Source of the DNA: the human T2T-CHM13v2.0 reference genome, Homo sapiens
Reading direction: 5' to 3' (one strand)
Length of the DNA stretch: 64,000 nt
Assembly: GCF_009914755.1 (NCBI RefSeq)
Contig: NC_060939.1
Shown piece after piece: positions 63,151 to 64,000 of this stretch; within the stretch, counting starts at the first letter, position 1, and the number at the start of each line of letters is the position of its first letter. A model generated the notes under the pieces. The model had not been told where the DNA came from. It saw only the letters and a program-made list of their open reading frames with translations, and made no database searches. Both the position numbers and the translations under genes were made by a program.

Positions 63151-64000
63151 TGCAGGCCAGTCTTGTCATGAAAGATTATGGCTTATGTTTTTAAGCATCT
63201 GTGTAAGTTGTACATTTAAAGTCAGCCAATTTTGTGTTAGCAAATGTAGTTACATACTGAGCTCTCTTAATAAAAGGTGAGTGATAATAGTTTGTGCTAA
63301 GAGATAGTATCATATTTTTAGGAAGTTTTGTAAGTCTGGGGAGGTGATGCTAGTCACTTGAAAAGATTTTATTAGGGGTGAAGAAGTTAAGTGCCAATAA
63401 GATTAGTTTTTGAGAATTACAAAATTTTTATAGAAGGTAAGAAATTCAAAAGGATATACAAAGACCCATGAACAGGAACAACAAAAATGTTGCAGAGTTC
63501 ATAAACACAGTTAAGTTATGTTATAACTATTAAATGGCTCCCAAACTATAAGACTGGAATACCTGTATTTGCAGGGAAGCTAAAGGCATGGTGCATTTTT
63601 TGAGGAAAATATTAACTGACGATGAAAGATGGCAGTTTCCAGGTTGTACTAGGAATGTTGTTGCAAAGTGTACAATGCAAAATACTGTATCTCAGAGATT
63701 CAAGAAATGATGTTATGTCAAAACCTCAGATGAATAGTTTTTATTTGCTTGTTTCTGCTCATGTCATCATTCATGTTATTTCTTCAAGCTCAGAGACATA
63801 TTTTTATAGAAATTATAAATCATTTTTGAGATTGCTGTGTGGAATAAGATAAACTCTGAACTCTGGTGTAAGATAGCAAAGGATAGCCTAATCAATTATG
63901 ATGAATTATGTGAGAATGGGGTAGATGGAATAGCTACATCCAGTGGGGCAATTTAGGCTCTGGCATAAAACTCAGGAACAAGAGAGGAGACCGACTCCAG

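Overview
This is AT-rich, repeat-dense primate (most likely human) genomic DNA covering the 5' end of UNC13C (Munc13-3, a presynaptic vesicle-priming protein) on the + strand. The gene layout is a CpG-rich promoter and non-coding first exon (~18.0-18.7 kb, donor at 18726), a ~33.8 kb intron, a 3,239-bp exon (52488-55726) carrying 256 nt of 5'UTR plus the first 994 codons, and then the start of the next intron. The rest is Alu, L1, L2, MIR, MaLR/ERVL and DNA-transposon relics; the short ORFs in the track are repeat-derived or chance. The main finding lies inside the giant coding exon: a long heptad coiled coil is followed directly by a segment that aligns motif by motif with the RRM and the start of the CTD of LINE ORF1p (Tnp_22/L1ORF1p family). 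This suggests a domesticated retrotransposon RNA-binding/trimerisation module embedded in a synaptic priming factor. Secondary observations are a uATG-dense 5'UTR with an overlapping uORF, a cluster of YxxP motifs, a possible truncated read-through isoform, a perfect 42-bp intronic duplication, a candidate TDP-43/RBFOX-controlled cryptic exon, and some unusual L1 insertion structures. Gene and repeat assignments come from recognition by eye and from memory of consensus sequences, not from database searches.
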